Shown here: positions 12,867 through 27,400 of the stretch, piece after piece | Layout of the letters: each line of letters begins with the position of its first letter | Position numbering within the stretch: the first letter of the stretch is position 1 | Origin: Larinioides sclopetarius | Lineage: Eukaryota | NCBI GenBank assembly: GCA_964023285.1 | Contig: CAXIEN010000093.1 | Coordinates: 2,503,739-2,567,738 of the forward strand | Length of the DNA stretch: 64,000 bases | Direction of reading: 5' to 3' | The notes under the pieces: generated by a model | Database searches by the model: none | What the model saw: only the letters and a program-made list of their open reading frames with translations | Told to the model about the DNA's origin: nothing | Made by a program: the position numbers and the translations under genes

Positions 12867-15689
12867 TTAGTCAGAATGGCTAAAAGAAAACTGAACACAT
12901 AATAATAGAGAAAGTAAATGGAAGCATTAATTGGCAATTAGAATTCAAACCGAGAATTACATAAAAAGAATTAATTTGAAGTTGGTGCAATAAAATATTT
13001 CACTTCACAAAACTTATCAAATAAAGCAAAAAACATTTCACTGAATAAGGCTTTATTTGAGGAACGTTGAATAAACACAAAATCTTTAAATTAAGTAAGC
13101 AAAATTCTGCTTTGACGTTTATGTATAACAGAAAAAAAAACTTTATCAACCTCAGCTTTAAAAATACACTGGTGTGCAAAAATCAAGCAACATTTCAGGT
13201 AAGCAAGAAACTTGCAATTAATATAAAAACTATGGTTTGAAATCGGATATAAAAATATCTATGACATTTATTAGACTATCAACTTGCAAAAATTCGGTCA
13301 CGAGAGCAATTGAGGGAACCACCAGACAGGATGAAAAAAAAAGGGAACTTGGACCATCCTATTGCAAAAAAAGCAGATAACAAGGTGAAACTTTCACAAA
13401 TGGCAAGGTTTTGATGTGTATAATATTTATATGTATTTTCGTACACATTCACAAATATTTGGGAAGATATAAATGTTTATTTAATCGATTCCAAAGTGAC
13501 CCGTATGTTTTTTGCTAATGACGTGCAAAGTTTTCAATCGGAATCTACACAACTTTCAGAATAATTAGCAAAGAAAGGTTGTGTTAAAATTTGAAGAAAA
13601 TTAGAGTAACATTATAGGAAATACGAGTACATGTATTAACAATTTATACAATGCATGTGTGCTAGTAGCGTAATGTTTTATTGCACAGATTTAAACTCTG
13701 ATTAAAAACTAGGGGCAGCTTATCTAAAAATTCCAATTCAGTAAGTATAAAATTCGGAAAGATATTGGCCTTTGAATCGGATGAACTTGACTTTCACGTT
13801 TAAAGAAGCTAAGTGATGAAAAATCTTGCCCAATTTTATATTTTTTAAATTTTTAATTTCGAAGAGTAACATTGAATTTTATGAAAAGTAAACATTTTGA
13901 ATAATGAAGACGAAAAAATGAAGGAAAGGGGCTGCACCAAAATCACATTTTACGGCAGAAAAAATTTGCGTATGATTTCCAAATTTGACAGGATTGTTAC
14001 AGAATGTTTATTCTACAATCTAATGAAAACCATTTTTGTTTAAAACTTATAGAAGGGTCAAAATAAATACCGAAAGAGAGGGGTAATTAATAATTGCAAA
14101 ATCACAATTAGTCTTTCGATAACTATTTAACTGCTTTGAAACTTTGTGGTGATCTGCAAAATGCCTTTATCTACCAAATAATGCATTATTTTATTTGCAT
14201 TGATACTTTATTCAAATTAAAAAAAGCGAATAAATGCATTTAAATCATTTAAGTACTCTTTTTGTTTGCCAGAGGGCACTGCACCTGATACAATTACAAG
14301 AAAATCGCGGATTTTATCGAAAGGTCGCGAAAGAAAATCGCGGAAGGTCTCGCGGATTTTAATTTGGCGGTTGGATTCTCTAGTAGATTTTTTTTCGCCA
14401 AGCTTTAATATGGAAACCCTGGTTTACCACATGGGGTTCAATAATACAATGGTAGTTATGTTTTTGTCTGTGTGCTTGATAGTAAAGTTGCGAAATACAT
14501 TGTGAAAATGGGCTCCTGTTTTAAGCTATGGGGGATTCCACACTTCAGCTCGATTTTTTGACATTTGCAATGATATTTGTTAGATAATTTACCGAAGTTC
14601 GATATCTAATTAATAACTAGTACACAGTTATTCAATTAACAACTATGGTTATTTTAGTTTTTTTTTCTGATGGGAATTTCAAATAAAACTGGTCTATTTT
14701 CACAAGGTTGCACACTCATATAATGCAATAATTCATGCCTAGGCTCTTTGCCACCCGGAACGGAATTGAAAAATGCCGCTTAAAAATAGCTCACACAAAT
14801 ATCAAAATGAAGACTAATTGAAGGAAATAGAAAGACATTTTACATTTGAAACAGCACAGAAAATTACACAAAAAAGTGTGTAATTTTTCTTGTTTTTGTA
14901 TTTGTAGAATCATTGATAGCATCTCCTTAAAATCTGTTTTACTAGTTAAGATACATTTAACAGATAATATTGCATGAGCCCTTAATCACTCAATAATATT
15001 CCAATTATTATTATTTAAAATCCTCCATATTCCATAATTTAAATAAATATTTATTTTCGTGCTTCTCTATATTCTTATTGTGAGAAAAACATATATTAAT
15101 GATTACTTTTATCTTTTAATTCCTGATTTTTGTTGTGTAGAAGATATTCTCAAGATAATTTATAAACCAGTAAATAATCCAGTAAACTGAAAGATTATTA
15201 TTGTGGTGTTTTAATTTTGTTTATCAACTTATTTTAAGCTGACTAACATGCTTATGGGTATAAAATGTGTCATGAAAATGTAGCATTGAAATCTATTGCG
15301 TATTTATGTTAATCCAACCTAGTAGCAAATAAAAACTTCAAGGACACGAAAATGATCGCGAGTGAAACGTCGATAGCAATTTGCAGTTTAACCCTTTAAC
15401 ATACAATGACGTCTCTAACACGTGCATCGAATTACAGAATTTTCCTATCTAAATGTGTATTTAAGTCATCACAGTGATTAATTTTAAATACAAAAATCAC
15501 ATGGACATGCTTTATTGTCTCAAGTGGTCTTTACCATCTGAAATAGATTGAGATAATAAAATACATTCGAAATCGGCGGTGGCTTCTAATTAAGATGTTA
15601 AATATATTTGTATTTCAAAGGATTAAAACTACTTTTTAAGGGGGTGACATAAATTCAATCATTTATGAATGATTCAGTTTAAATTTTAT

Positions 15690-16055
15690 TTCTGATTCCT
15701 TTATAACCAATATTAAGTACAATGAGGAGAGGGGATGGAATAAATAAACTATAAGGAATCCTTCAAAATAAGTACGGGCAATGCCCCTTAAAACAAATAT
15801 AATACGAATTGATTGAAATGAAGCCTAATATACGCAAGTTTCAGCATGTCGAACTGAAGAAAGGAAAAGTTAAATCTGTTTTTATGAGTTCTTTAGAGAA
15901 TAACTATCGATAGGACAAGGTGAAATGTTTATTGGAACACCTGGAACAATTTTGCCAAAACTTGTTCCATTAACTAAATTAGACATGCTAAATACCAAAA
16001 TATTATTTTTTAATTACTCTTACTTTGTTCAACAACAACAAAAAGGATAGACATG
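15690..16055 (+). repeat. Dispersed repeat copy 2 (direct repeat of 9497-9880)
   Basis: 'ctttataaccaatat…attgattgaaatgaagcctaata…ggacaaggtgaaatgtttat…caacaacaacaaaaaggatag'. Confidence 0.6.
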
Positions 16056-16619
16056 GTCCCTTAAAATAGTTTTCTGGGAAGTCAGTCTTGGAAATATATA
16101 TTAAAGTACAATTTAGCATGAAATTCTTATAATTATGTTCCTAAACAAAATGAAATTTTCCTAAAATAAAGTGTTCCCCCAAACTGATGAATAATGCAAG
16201 GAATATTTGTAATATTGCTGACTGTGATATATATTTTAAAGGAATGCTATTTTTATACTATTGAGTTATGGGTGTTCATAAAAATACTGATTTTGTGCTA
16301 AAAAAGATTAATTAATACTTTATTTAGTAATAATTCACAGATAAACCAGTCTTACAAGCACTTTTGACTTTAAAAAGACCATGCAAGGCCGCGTATTCTA
16401 CTAGTATATATAAAAAAGAAAGGGAAATTGACAGGAGATGATTCAAAGAAATAATAAAGCATCTTTTATTATCATTATATTATACATTAATTATTATTTA
16501 AGTATCTTTTATGGCTTTATCTTTCTCAATGTTAAAGTGATTTTGCTTTATAAAATATGTTTTTACTTTATTTTTAACGATTACAAATACATATTAAACA
16601 CATCTTTTATTATGCATCA

Positions 16620-16840
16620 TCACTTCCCTTTATGTCTTTTTTAAAGTGTTGTTCGATTTTCATGTGATAGATCGAATGTTTCAAAAGAATCATGTTTGCT
16701 TTATCATTTTTAAAATGAGTTCTGCTTTTTTTAAAACAATTTTTAAAAAGTTTATTAAGCTATATTTAGGTCCCATTTTTGAAATTTAACGGAATCTATT
16801 TTCGGGCGAAAGCTTCTCATTTTGCACCATGGTCTTGAGC
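16620..16840 (+). repeat. Local roughly 200-bp repeat, copy 1
   Basis: '…ttttcatgtgatagatcgaatgtttcaaaagaatcatgtttgctttatcatttttaaaatgagttct…gtttattaagctatatttaggtcccatttttgaaatt'. Confidence 0.65.
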
Positions 16841-17274
16841 CACACTTTCTCCAGCATTTCTCCCGACTACAGCCTTTACCCCCTGTGCAAGGGTAATACT
16901 GCAGTGGAATGACATTTTATTTTTTCCATAGAAATAGAGCAACATAGAGGAAAATTACCGAAAATATTGATTTCATCCTTATAATGCTCATAATTATGAT
17001 TTATAAACAAAAGAAATTATAACAAATATGAAATTAATAAATAATTAAAGTGTGTTCTTAAAAATTGTTGTTATTAAGTTTATGGAGCTATTTTCCAACC
17101 ACATATATCTAATTATTAGATACTCCATCCTCGCATTGAATTTTTTAGATCGCCTTTGGGTTGCAGTCCACATCACCTCAATAAATAAAGTGATCCCGCA
17201 CTGTAAATTCTGTTGTCAATCTTCAACTTAGCCGATTGTCTTCGAGGGTGGTCATATTATTACATTTTTCAATG

Positions 17275-17470
17275 TGTATCACCACTTTCTTTCATATCTT
17301 TTCAAAACATTCTTCAATTTTCATGTAATAAAATTGAATGTTTTAGAAGAACCATGTTTGCGCTATCAGTTTTGAAATAAGTTCTTTTTTAAAAGTTTGT
17401 TAAGCTATATTTAGGTTCCGTTTTTGAAGTTACACAAGAGCTAATTTTGGGAGAAATTTTTACATTTTGA
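17275..17470 (+). repeat. Local roughly 200-bp repeat, copy 2 (direct, about 650 bp downstream of copy 1)
   Basis: '…ttttcatgtaataaaattgaatgttttagaagaaccatgtttgcgctatcagttttgaaataagttct…gtttgttaagctatatttaggttccgtttttgaagtt'. Confidence 0.65.
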
Positions 17471-20400
17471 GCCATATTCAGATGATGAAGATGGCAGCAT
17501 TCCTTTCCTTTAGGACATCAAAAGAAGAATCAGTGGGTAATATAATTATGAAATCTGAAGCCTTAAAAATCAAATACATTATTTTAATTGCATTTTCTTG
17601 AATAATATTCGAAAATTCAAGTTTTGAAATATCAGTTTGTGGAAGAACCCTTATCACTTAGCTTCTCTAAAAGTGGAAATGAAATTCTTCCGATTCAAAG
17701 AACGACAGCTTTCTGAATTTTGAATTTACTGAACTAGAGAAAAATTTTGCTATAAATTATTAAAAAATGTTGTTTAAAAAGATTGTTAAAAGCAAGGGGA
17801 TAATAGTGGGCAATTAACATTTAGGAAGCGGGAATCGCCAAAATACGGTTTGTTTTCAAAGTAACCCAAAATGAGGTTTTTTATTCAAAAATTTGATTTC
17901 TGTATTTATGAGTGAGGTTAAACCGGATACACTAATTAAAGCGCTATTTATTCTCTTTTCCAGAGGACAGATTTAAAATTCTGGTCATAGAGGCTGCATT
18001 GTTACCATTGAATTCACAGTGATAGTGAAAATGTGTTATAAGATGTTAACTGTCTCATGTTCATTTGTATTTCACGATCCTCACTTAGTAACCGTTATAG
18101 TTATAAATACTGTATTTCTTCTACCATATTTTATATTTCCTAAGGATTTGTAACCTATCAAAATAGAAAGATTAAGTCCTATTATTGCATAATTTTATTT
18201 TGTCTCTTGTAATTTCTTCTTGCGGTAAAACCGGATACTCCAAATGCCACAAAATCTTATCAGCCAGTAATAATAGTATCTTTCTCTGAAAGCGATACAA
18301 TTACATAAGAAGTTGATTGTTTATATTTTAATGATGTATTTTCTAATTTTATAATAAAATGGGTGTTTCAAGATTCTTATATTGATCTACGAAAACGGAA
18401 GTGGCGCGGATAAGGAAAACAACTGCCTTAATGTCAATTTATTTTTACTAATAATCTTAAATTATAACATAAAATGAAAATGCATGTAACTTTTTCGATG
18501 AAATTAGAATGAGCGAATTCAATTAATTCAAACTGCAACGTGTACGGTGCAAGGTCAAATTTTTAATTAATTATTTTTTATTAGTGTGACATATGCCCTG
18601 TAGTCCTCAAGCACAGCTCCAGGACTCTAAAATATCCCGTTTTTAAAAATAGAGCAACCCAAAATGACAATTTTAAACAAAGAACTAAAGTAAAAGAACC
18701 CTACGATATTCTATATTAACCCTGTGACGACAGAACATGCATACTTATCACACATATAATTAATCAGAAGCTTTCTATCGCATTTCTAACTTAAAATAAT
18801 CATTTATTTTCTCCTCAAAACAGGACATGTACTAAGTGTTTAGTAATGAAATAAGTGATCTTTTGTTTGTCCCTTTCAAAACGAGACATCCATAAATTTG
18901 AAAGTAATAGTAAGTATCTTGGGGAAAACGCATATTTCTTCACATTATTTATTAATGAAAATGATCAGAAAGGTACAGAAGAAGTTACATAATTTATGTG
19001 GTCTTGTATTTATCAGAAAAACACACTTCTTTATGTATATCTGCCGAAATTAGGTATCCGAGAAGTATTTGTGATAAAAAAAATGTCAGCAAGAAACGCT
19101 AAAATAGTGAATGACAAGAATTGGGAATAATTTTCATAAAGATAAAAGCTCGTAACGGGAAATTATAATCAATGAAATGGTTTGATATAAAATGGTATTT
19201 TATATGTAATAATGAATTATAAATAGGGTAGATATTTTAGATTAAGTTTATTCATACATTAGTTTTTATCATGACAAACAACAAAGAGAACAATCGTCAA
19301 AATTTTTTATTTTTCGCAACTTTTTACTTTTTTTCTGAAAACGAGACATTTAGCGATCCCGAAACTAGTTAAAACAGCACAGGCTCCCTTAAAATGGGAT
19401 AGACCCATTCAATATAGTCGCTCTATTCTAACTACATCACACGGCTTGCAATGACAGAATGCAACATTAAGAATATCTTAATCTAAAGTCGTTGAGTGCT
19501 ACTGTTCAAACATATATTCTATGCCTGCCCGGAAGAGGATCGTTTTTATGAATACATTGTGATCGAAATTAAGATCCCTGTTACAAGTCACAATTTATAA
19601 AACAAGTAAACTTTAAGAAATCCTGCCAAGAATTTCATTTTTCAATAAATTCTACACCTAATTAATTACAGAAACAGAAGTGTTTTCTTGAATCCTTACA
19701 ATATTTTATATAAAACTCTTACAAAGGCCAATTTAAAGATACAAAATAAATGGCCACTTTACGTATATTCGAATAAATTATATTGCGTACAAAATGCATT
19801 GGGACTGCGATGAAACAACGTGGAAATTATAAATACTGGTTTACCGTACTTTGTTTGTCGGCATCCTTCTGCATTCGTAAGAACAAAACTTCTTCTTTGC
19901 AAATCCATTTATAAATATGTGTGAAATTTTTTTCACTTAAAAATTGTGGTTTTTATAATAGAATATTTTACATATTGCAATCTGGTATGATTCGTTTTCA
20001 TAAAAGATAGCAATATCCTAGTGATAAATACTATGAAATTAAGAATCTAATAAATTTTTCAATTTTTTTCTTTTTTTGCTATTAATTTTAAAATGTTCGA
20101 ACTTATTTTGTTTTCTTGAATATGCAACCTGATTGCTAAGCAGAGTGGGCCACTGAAATTGAAGAGTGTTATCTGGCTATATTTAATTATAATTAAAATT
20201 GTTTGATACACTGTACAAGTAAATATCCATGTTTGGCTTTAAAAAAATTCTGTTTAATAAAAGTGCCTTCTGAATTAGTTCTAGCATGAATTCTGTCTTT
20301 CATGCTTTAATTCCTGCTGAGTTCAACAACACTAAGAATTATTCCTTTGTCACTAAGTTGCTGATAACAGGTTGAAAGTGTAGCTATTCGCGCTATCGTA

Positions 20401-21381
20401 TGGATTGAGATGCATTCTTAATGTGAATAACTAATTCTTACAGACTGAACAGTCTTAGAGACAAAACAAAATCTTCACATTGGGGTTCAAAATGTATACA
20501 AAACTATCAAGTCAAAACTTTTCGACACTCTTTCCCCCTTCATCCCTGTATCATGGCGATGACTGACAGATTTTAAGCCCATTCGCCTCGAAATCATGGA
20601 TAGACATCTGTATCTTTTGAAAACATTTCCTCACACCCTTAAAAATTCTAAACAAACTGTTCGATTTCATGATCTGTTCGGCAAGTGTATACCCACCTTA
20701 ATATGTTTGTATGCGACTGTTTTTAAAACGTCACCCAATTGACAGTTTATTCCTACTTTTCCTACAAAATAGCCTAAGTAGACAATTTATTTTAAAAATT
20801 TAGCTCAAATATTCATACTACATAAATTTATATTCATAGAGGATACTAAAAATAACTTCAAATATGATATAAGTGTAATTTTTGAAGTTTTTAATACCCA
20901 TTTTGGCTTGTAATAAAAAAAATCTACCTGCATACTTTTTTTCTCTCAACTTTTTAAAGCCAGATATGTAAAGCAACTTATATAAAAATCCCGCTTCAAT
21001 ACCATATATATTCAAAGAAAGAGATATCAGTATTGCAATTTTGTGACTTTCTGTGCACTCTCTGAAAAGCTTAATAATGAAGGTTTTTTCATGAACTAAT
21101 ATTTTTTAAATTTAAAATTTTGAATAAAAATCGTCAAACTGTAATTTAAACTATGCATTTAATTTAAGTACATGAGTATTCCGGATATTCAACTTTCACA
21201 AGAATCGATATTACTATTGAAGAATCTAGATGAAAAAATATCAGTTTATGCAAGTGTCACCATCATTTTGCTTCTTTTAGACCATACCAAAAAGTTAACC
21301 AAGTTGCAATGATGATATATTTCTGAATTAATAATAATGGAATTGAATTACTATCTTTATATAAGTTGCCCCATACACCAA

Positions 21382-21397
21382 AGAGAGAGAGAGAGAG
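21382..21397. repeat. (AG)n microsatellite
   Basis: agagagagagagagag. Confidence 0.9.
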
Positions 21398-22337
21398 TTT
21401 AAAGTTATAAATAAACTTACACCACATTTTGGACATGTGTAGTATAAAAATATTTGTTACAAATGCTTATATTTCGTAGAATATTCAATTTTTACATTGA
21501 AATTTTAATAAAGTGCTTCTTTTATATATTAAGTTTTTTGTTATACTCAAAGACAAGTCAAGAAGATAATAGAGATTACGCTAGACTTCCGGCGAAGCTC
21601 CGAACTCGTGTTTCTACGCGTCTCTCTCCTTACGCCTTAATCTTAACGCTTCAAGGTCGTTTGGACCTCACTTCCGCTCAAATTCGGACACAAGGCTGGA
21701 AAAATATTGTTGAAGTTCAAGAGCAAACATTTTGAAAATAGATTTTTATTGTAGAGAATATCGATTATTGTTATTTCTAGAAAAATTCTGTTCAAATATG
21801 TCAATTATTTTCAAAATAGATTAGGATAATTGGGGAACTATTTCACTCGGCGGAAGAATACCATTTCTAGCTTCTACTGTATAACAAACTTAACTTGTCT
21901 TGGACTATAGTTTTGTATAATTTAGTTTAAAACATTGTCAAAGACATGCAACAAAAATTATGAAATCTTTAAGGAAACCTTTATATTTTCTCAAATATTT
22001 GTGCTGTGTTTACAGAAACACAAATATATATCAATACAATAAAAATAAATCAAACATAGCCATTGATAAAATTTATGCCTTGTTATAAGCTTTCATTATA
22101 ATGGGATAATTAAAACTTTATTTTCATCTTCATACCTTTCTGATGATCTCTTTATTACCCTTGTGACTGAATCTTCAATGTAAAATGTGAGTTCTGATGG
22201 TATTATGTCCTATGATTTTGATCAACTGATTGTAAACATAATATCCATATTTAATGCTAATTTTGTACATCTTCATAATTGTGCTTTCTTTTTGGACTAC
22301 ATTGTAGCAACCTATATTGTTGTTTTTTACTACTTAG

Positions 22338-22467
22338 GACAAATATATTCTTGGCTGTGGTAGTGATGGCAGTGTTGCAATGTGGTCAGAAGATGAAGGA
22401 ACATTATTAAGCTATATATCTGGAATTGAACAGTCATCTGTTGTTTTGTCTTTTAGAGTTCACAAAG
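22338..22467 (+). CDS. WD40-repeat protein gene exon
   Basis: Acceptor 'ttttttactacttag' and donor 'gtaccatt'. Encodes DKYILGCGSDGSVAMWSEDEGTLLSYISGIEQSSVVLSFRVHK, ending in phase 1 (…AAA G|). Confidence 0.7.
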
Positions 22468-23758
22468 GTACCATTACTACTTAATCTTTCTTTATTTTGA
22501 AGCAATGTTAATGTTAATATGATTTGATGTTTAGCTTGTATGAAAGCTGAATTTAAACACTTCTGTAAATGATTAGATTTAAACTTAATCAACAAGGCCA
22601 GATTAAATCCTGTTGGCACCCATGGCAATGCAAACTTCAAGGCCCCTCATCCTCTACCAACTTTCAAAATTGGATATGTTTTGGCTAATTTTATTTTATG
22701 TTTTATATGTGCAATTTTAAATAGTAAAATTTGAAAATATAAAACACTAATTTGGAATTCTCTCAAGAGAAATGTTTCAATATCTTGTATATTAAAAAAA
22801 AATTAAAATAGATACAAACAAAATAGTGAAAGAAATTTTGAAACATTTTCTACAGAATTAAAAACTATTTTACTACGGGATCAAAAATCTTTTCTTAGAA
22901 TTATAAAACATTATTGGAACTAACCGAATGTAAATAATGAGGAATGCTATTAAAATAATATTCCAAAATATAAATAATTCTTGCTGCCAATTTGAATAAA
23001 TTTAAATGCTCCATCTTTCTAAATTAAATAAGAGATAAATTAGGCTACTTTTTAAATTCCACAAAATAATTCCTGAGGCTTCGACGCCCATATACAACTA
23101 CCTACTTACACATGTGGCCATGTTAATTCATTATATTTTAACTGCACACTTTTATTTTAATTTCTTTTAGCTCACAGTGGTGTTTATTGGATTCTTAGAT
23201 GAAATTATATATATATATATAAAGTCTTATTATATACACTTTCAAGGGTTCTCACAATTCTTAAATGTCCTTGAAAGTTTTTTGTCAAAATTAAGTCCTT
23301 GAATTTTTATGTGACTGCTGATAATCTCTGCTTTATTTTCTCCTCAACATGCAGAAACACAAAATTAACACATTTTACAGTTTTTCAAGTGAAAAATTCA
23401 ATTAAGTACTTATGTCTACAGTATGTAGTTCTATGACCCTGTAATTTTCATTAAAAGGATCTTGAATTTTCTGTGAAAGGTCCTTGAATTTTCCATAAAA
23501 GGTCCTTGATTTTTCTTAAAAAGTCCTGGATTTTTTTTTCTTTAATAAGAGTGAAATCCTGCCATGTTCATCATTAAAAACAAAATTTGTTCAACTTTCT
23601 CTAATTGAACTTAACCTCAGTTAAATAATGTTAGTTTTTGCTTCTTATTAGAGTCATTCAGAAGTTAGTAAAGATAAGTACAGAAAAAAAATGGGAATGT
23701 TCATGTCTTTAATATATAATGATTTTAAAACTTTTGGATTAATAATTTTATCAGTGAA

Positions 23759-23777
23759 AGAGAGAGAGAGAGAGAGT
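23759..23777. repeat. (AG)n microsatellite
   Basis: agagagagagagagagag. Confidence 0.9.
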
Positions 23778-24057
23778 ATATAAAGTCATCTAATGCTAAT
23801 GAAGCAATATATGAATCTTTTAATAAGTAAAAACAATGTTATCGATTCTATCAAATTTTACAAAAAAAAAAAAAATCCCCAGAAAGCATGGAAAAATGGA
23901 CTTGCCTCCTTGGGCTTCTGAGCAACTCACTTTACTATGAAATCTTTCCTGATACTAATTGACATTTTTTTTTCTTTATTCTTAAATATATCTTCCAGTT
24001 TCTGACATAATTGTGTTTGTTGAGTTATGTTACTTGATAGTTTCCACATGTTTTTTA

Positions 24058-24445
24058 AGCACTGCAGTGGACTAGTGGCAAGATCTTGTTTTTGAAATTG
24101 AAGAAACTAGGTTTTGATTCCATCTGGTATGCAGGTCTAGTTCAGAAGAATGGGAACATTTTTTATCTGAAAGGCCTCATTAAATTTTGGCTGTAGGCAA
24201 AAGGCTGTATGAGCAGATTCTTATGGGTTATTGCTCTGTAATTATTATTATATTATAGATGCAATTATATCAAGTGCATGTTAAATCTGATATTGTAGAT
24301 AAAATCTCCTTTCTCTGGTGTGGTATGGATGTTTAGAGAGGGGTCTCTGCTCTCAAGTGTCATCCTGGTCATCTGACCATGGTTCAAAATCACTAGGCTT
24401 ATCTCAAAATAGCCCTTCTGTGGCGTAACAGGATGTTAATGTAGC
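24058..24445 (+). mobile_element. SINE copy with a tRNA-like head and a conserved central domain ('GTCATCTGACCATGGTTCAAAAT')
   Basis: The head 'GCAGTGGACTAGTGGCAAGATC…GGTTTTGATTCC' resembles the head of the SINE at 12590. The body/tail '…gagaggggtctctgctctcaagtgtcatcctggtcatctgaccatggttcaaaatcactaggcttatctcaaaatagccc…ggatgttaatgtagc' is collinear with the copies at 62990 and 63286. Confidence 0.55.
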
Positions 24446-27400
24446 TAAAGTAATAATTTTATTTGGAAATATCTCTTTTAAAATTTCACCACTTGGGATT
24501 TTGCAAATTAAAATGTTTTATATTTATCTATGACTACTTCTTATCAGAATTTTTCTTTTTTACTTATTGTATTTATCAGCTAACTGCTTCTAATTGTGCA
24601 GAGAGTAAAATATTTAAATTCTGATGTTTCTAATAGTTCATACTTACTTTTTCCAACAGTTTGCTAATCTGGCTCTATCCTTTTGTTTTAAATATGTGCA
24701 TAATGGAAAAATTATATATACAGGAATGGTTTTATTTGCTGAATAAGTAATTTCTACGAATTTGAATGGGCTGATTATGAATATAAAAGGTATAGCCTTA
24801 TTTAAAAAAACTCTCAAATATTTTGTTTTTTGTAACTTAACCTTCAATTCAAAGGCATGCTCAAAAATACCACAGTTCAAACGATGTCCCTTAGGACTGA
24901 AGGCTAATATTCCCTTGTAGAAACTAGAAAATGCTGTAGAAAATAGAAGACCAAAAACATTTCAAAATTTCAATACAGAATGCTTCTTGAAACAGGGGGG
25001 TTCATGTATTTATTTTTTATTAAAGAACTTGAAATTTCTATGAATCTCCCAATTTTTCTTTGTGCTGCAGTGAGTCAAATAATGACTGACTCACTTTTTC
25101 CATCAATTGCCTAATCCCTGTCATTACAACCTGCAGGGTTTTGCCTTTTCTGGTAAATATAGGTGTCCTTTCTACCTAAGTACCCCAGTCTACAGTACTA
25201 TGGATCTTTTCTTCCAAAAATATTTATTTTTCTGAGTTATGTTGGAATTACCTTTGATAATATAGAAAATAAAAGTAGTGGTGATACTAGCTATTGTGTA
25301 ATGAACAGAGTTGCAGTGATGTTGAGATGGAGTTGTTGTGAATTTCGTTGTTTGAGTTGAAATTGAGATATCATCAATTAAATTCATGAATCCATTATCC
25401 GTGAATTCTTAGTCTACGAATCAATCTTTATAGTTTTTGAGATATGATGAAATACTTGTGTCAGGCGCAAACTTATTTTGAGGCCCCCCTTTCCAAGAAA
25501 ACTTGATTATTGATATATAAATATAAATCTTGATATAAAATAAAAGTCATTGTGGTTGTATTCCCCATATCCTCTTAAACCAATGAAGTGCTTTCAATCA
25601 AATTTTGTGTTTAAGACAAGGGGGAGACATTAACTTTCCTAAGTTCAGAAGTTAATTAAACAATATATTTATTAGAAATTAACCGAAACCATTTTCCCGC
25701 AGAAACTTCGGTGAAAACTGTGTAAGATAAAAAAAATTCTCTTTTCAATTATACCAAATTTTATTTCCGTACAATGTTTTCATATTTTAATAAATTTATA
25801 AATTATAAAGAATAATGAATTGCAGACGATTTTGAAATAAAGCATTTTTATCAATATTTTGTTGTTAGAGCAACAATGAGACTTTAAACAAATTTCTTTT
25901 TATTTCTTTTAATATTTTATACAAGCAATTAAAAACAGCTATCACCAGCTTTAACAGAATCAAAGCTAATTAAAACTTTAACTCATTAGAAACTAAGCAA
26001 AGATTTGCTTTTTTCCATGACATATTTTGAAAGTGTTATATCACAATGAATATTTTATACTATATTAAAGTTTAAAAATGGCTTCTCAGTGGTACAAATT
26101 TCATTTTCTTTCTAATTATTCCTCTCATTTAAATAATAAAAAACAAATTAAAATTCGCTTGAATTAAGAATTTAAAATTTGTAGCAATTTAATTTTTTAG
26201 AACAAGAATACATATTACAGCTATTATTATTGCTTGATTCTATTTAGCATCATAGTATTCAAATTTTATATCAAATAAGAACAGAATTTAGATGCAAAAA
26301 ATAGTTAACTCATGCATTATTAACAAAACTACATTTATATTGCATTATAAATGTAGTTTTGATTTTTCTTCATTTAAATTTAATAAAGGCAATTTATTTA
26401 TTTAAAAACAAATTGCAAATGAGCATACATATATCACCAATTTTTCTTTATGAATAATGATTTTTTCTAGAAACTGAGAACTATTTCTAAGGAGCTGAAA
26501 TCAGTAGTGTCTACTCTTTTATTCCTAAGGACAGAATGATATATTGTAATAAAAATACAGGCAGAAAGAGAAAAATTATAGAATTACTCTCTGAAAAAAT
26601 TTTAAAAACAGTATTTTGAAGTAAATTAATATATCTATTAAAAAAATATCTAGTTTTGGCTTTACAAAGTAAATCTTTAAAATTGTTTTTATTCTTCCTT
26701 TCTTCCAAAATATTCTGTTCTACAAAAATATAAGAATATGAATTATGAAACAAAGAAATTTTTCATATATAATATGACTAATCAAAAATGTTCCATGTAA
26801 AATATGTATTTATTAAGTCATGCGTTTTCTGATTAAAAAATAAAATTAATGACTGAATTTTTTAATGACAAAATTATTTTACTGTACTCATTGCTGATTA
26901 CTTTCAACCAACATGGTATACGAGTGGTAAACGTCTACAAAAGTATCTAGAGTTACATACAAATTATATTGTTATTTTTTAAAATTTTTAAGTTATAAAT
27001 AGAAATATAGACAGTCACCTGCTTTTGCATTGAAATTCATTTTGCATTTAGCAGTTGAAGATGCATCTTTTGATAACTCCAGCTCTAGACACTATAAAGT
27101 CTTTTTACAAGTTGCGTTAAACATATTTTACTTCTCACTAAAAACAGAAAAACACCACCTGTGTGAAAAACCGCCACTGGTAATCATACTGGGAAGTGGG
27201 ATGCTGATATTTTTGAGAAGAAGTTATTCCTTTGTTCTCTTCTCTTGGAATTCTCACTTTTGTTTCCAAAATTCGTGGAGTATTAATTTCTTTGTGACTT
27301 TTTGTTGAGGTGTAAATTCCATATTGGTTGACATAACAATACCTTGTATAAAGTTGTAATTGATGTGATGAAGTAGAGCCTGATTAGTGACAGTGTAGTT

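Noticed and set aside
12421-12937. Overlapping 100-140-aa ORFs on both strands (12421-12744, 12515-12937, 12600-12902).
   Set aside because: They lie entirely within a tRNA-derived SINE. The GC-rich repeat simply lacks stop codons. There is no codon structure or protein similarity.
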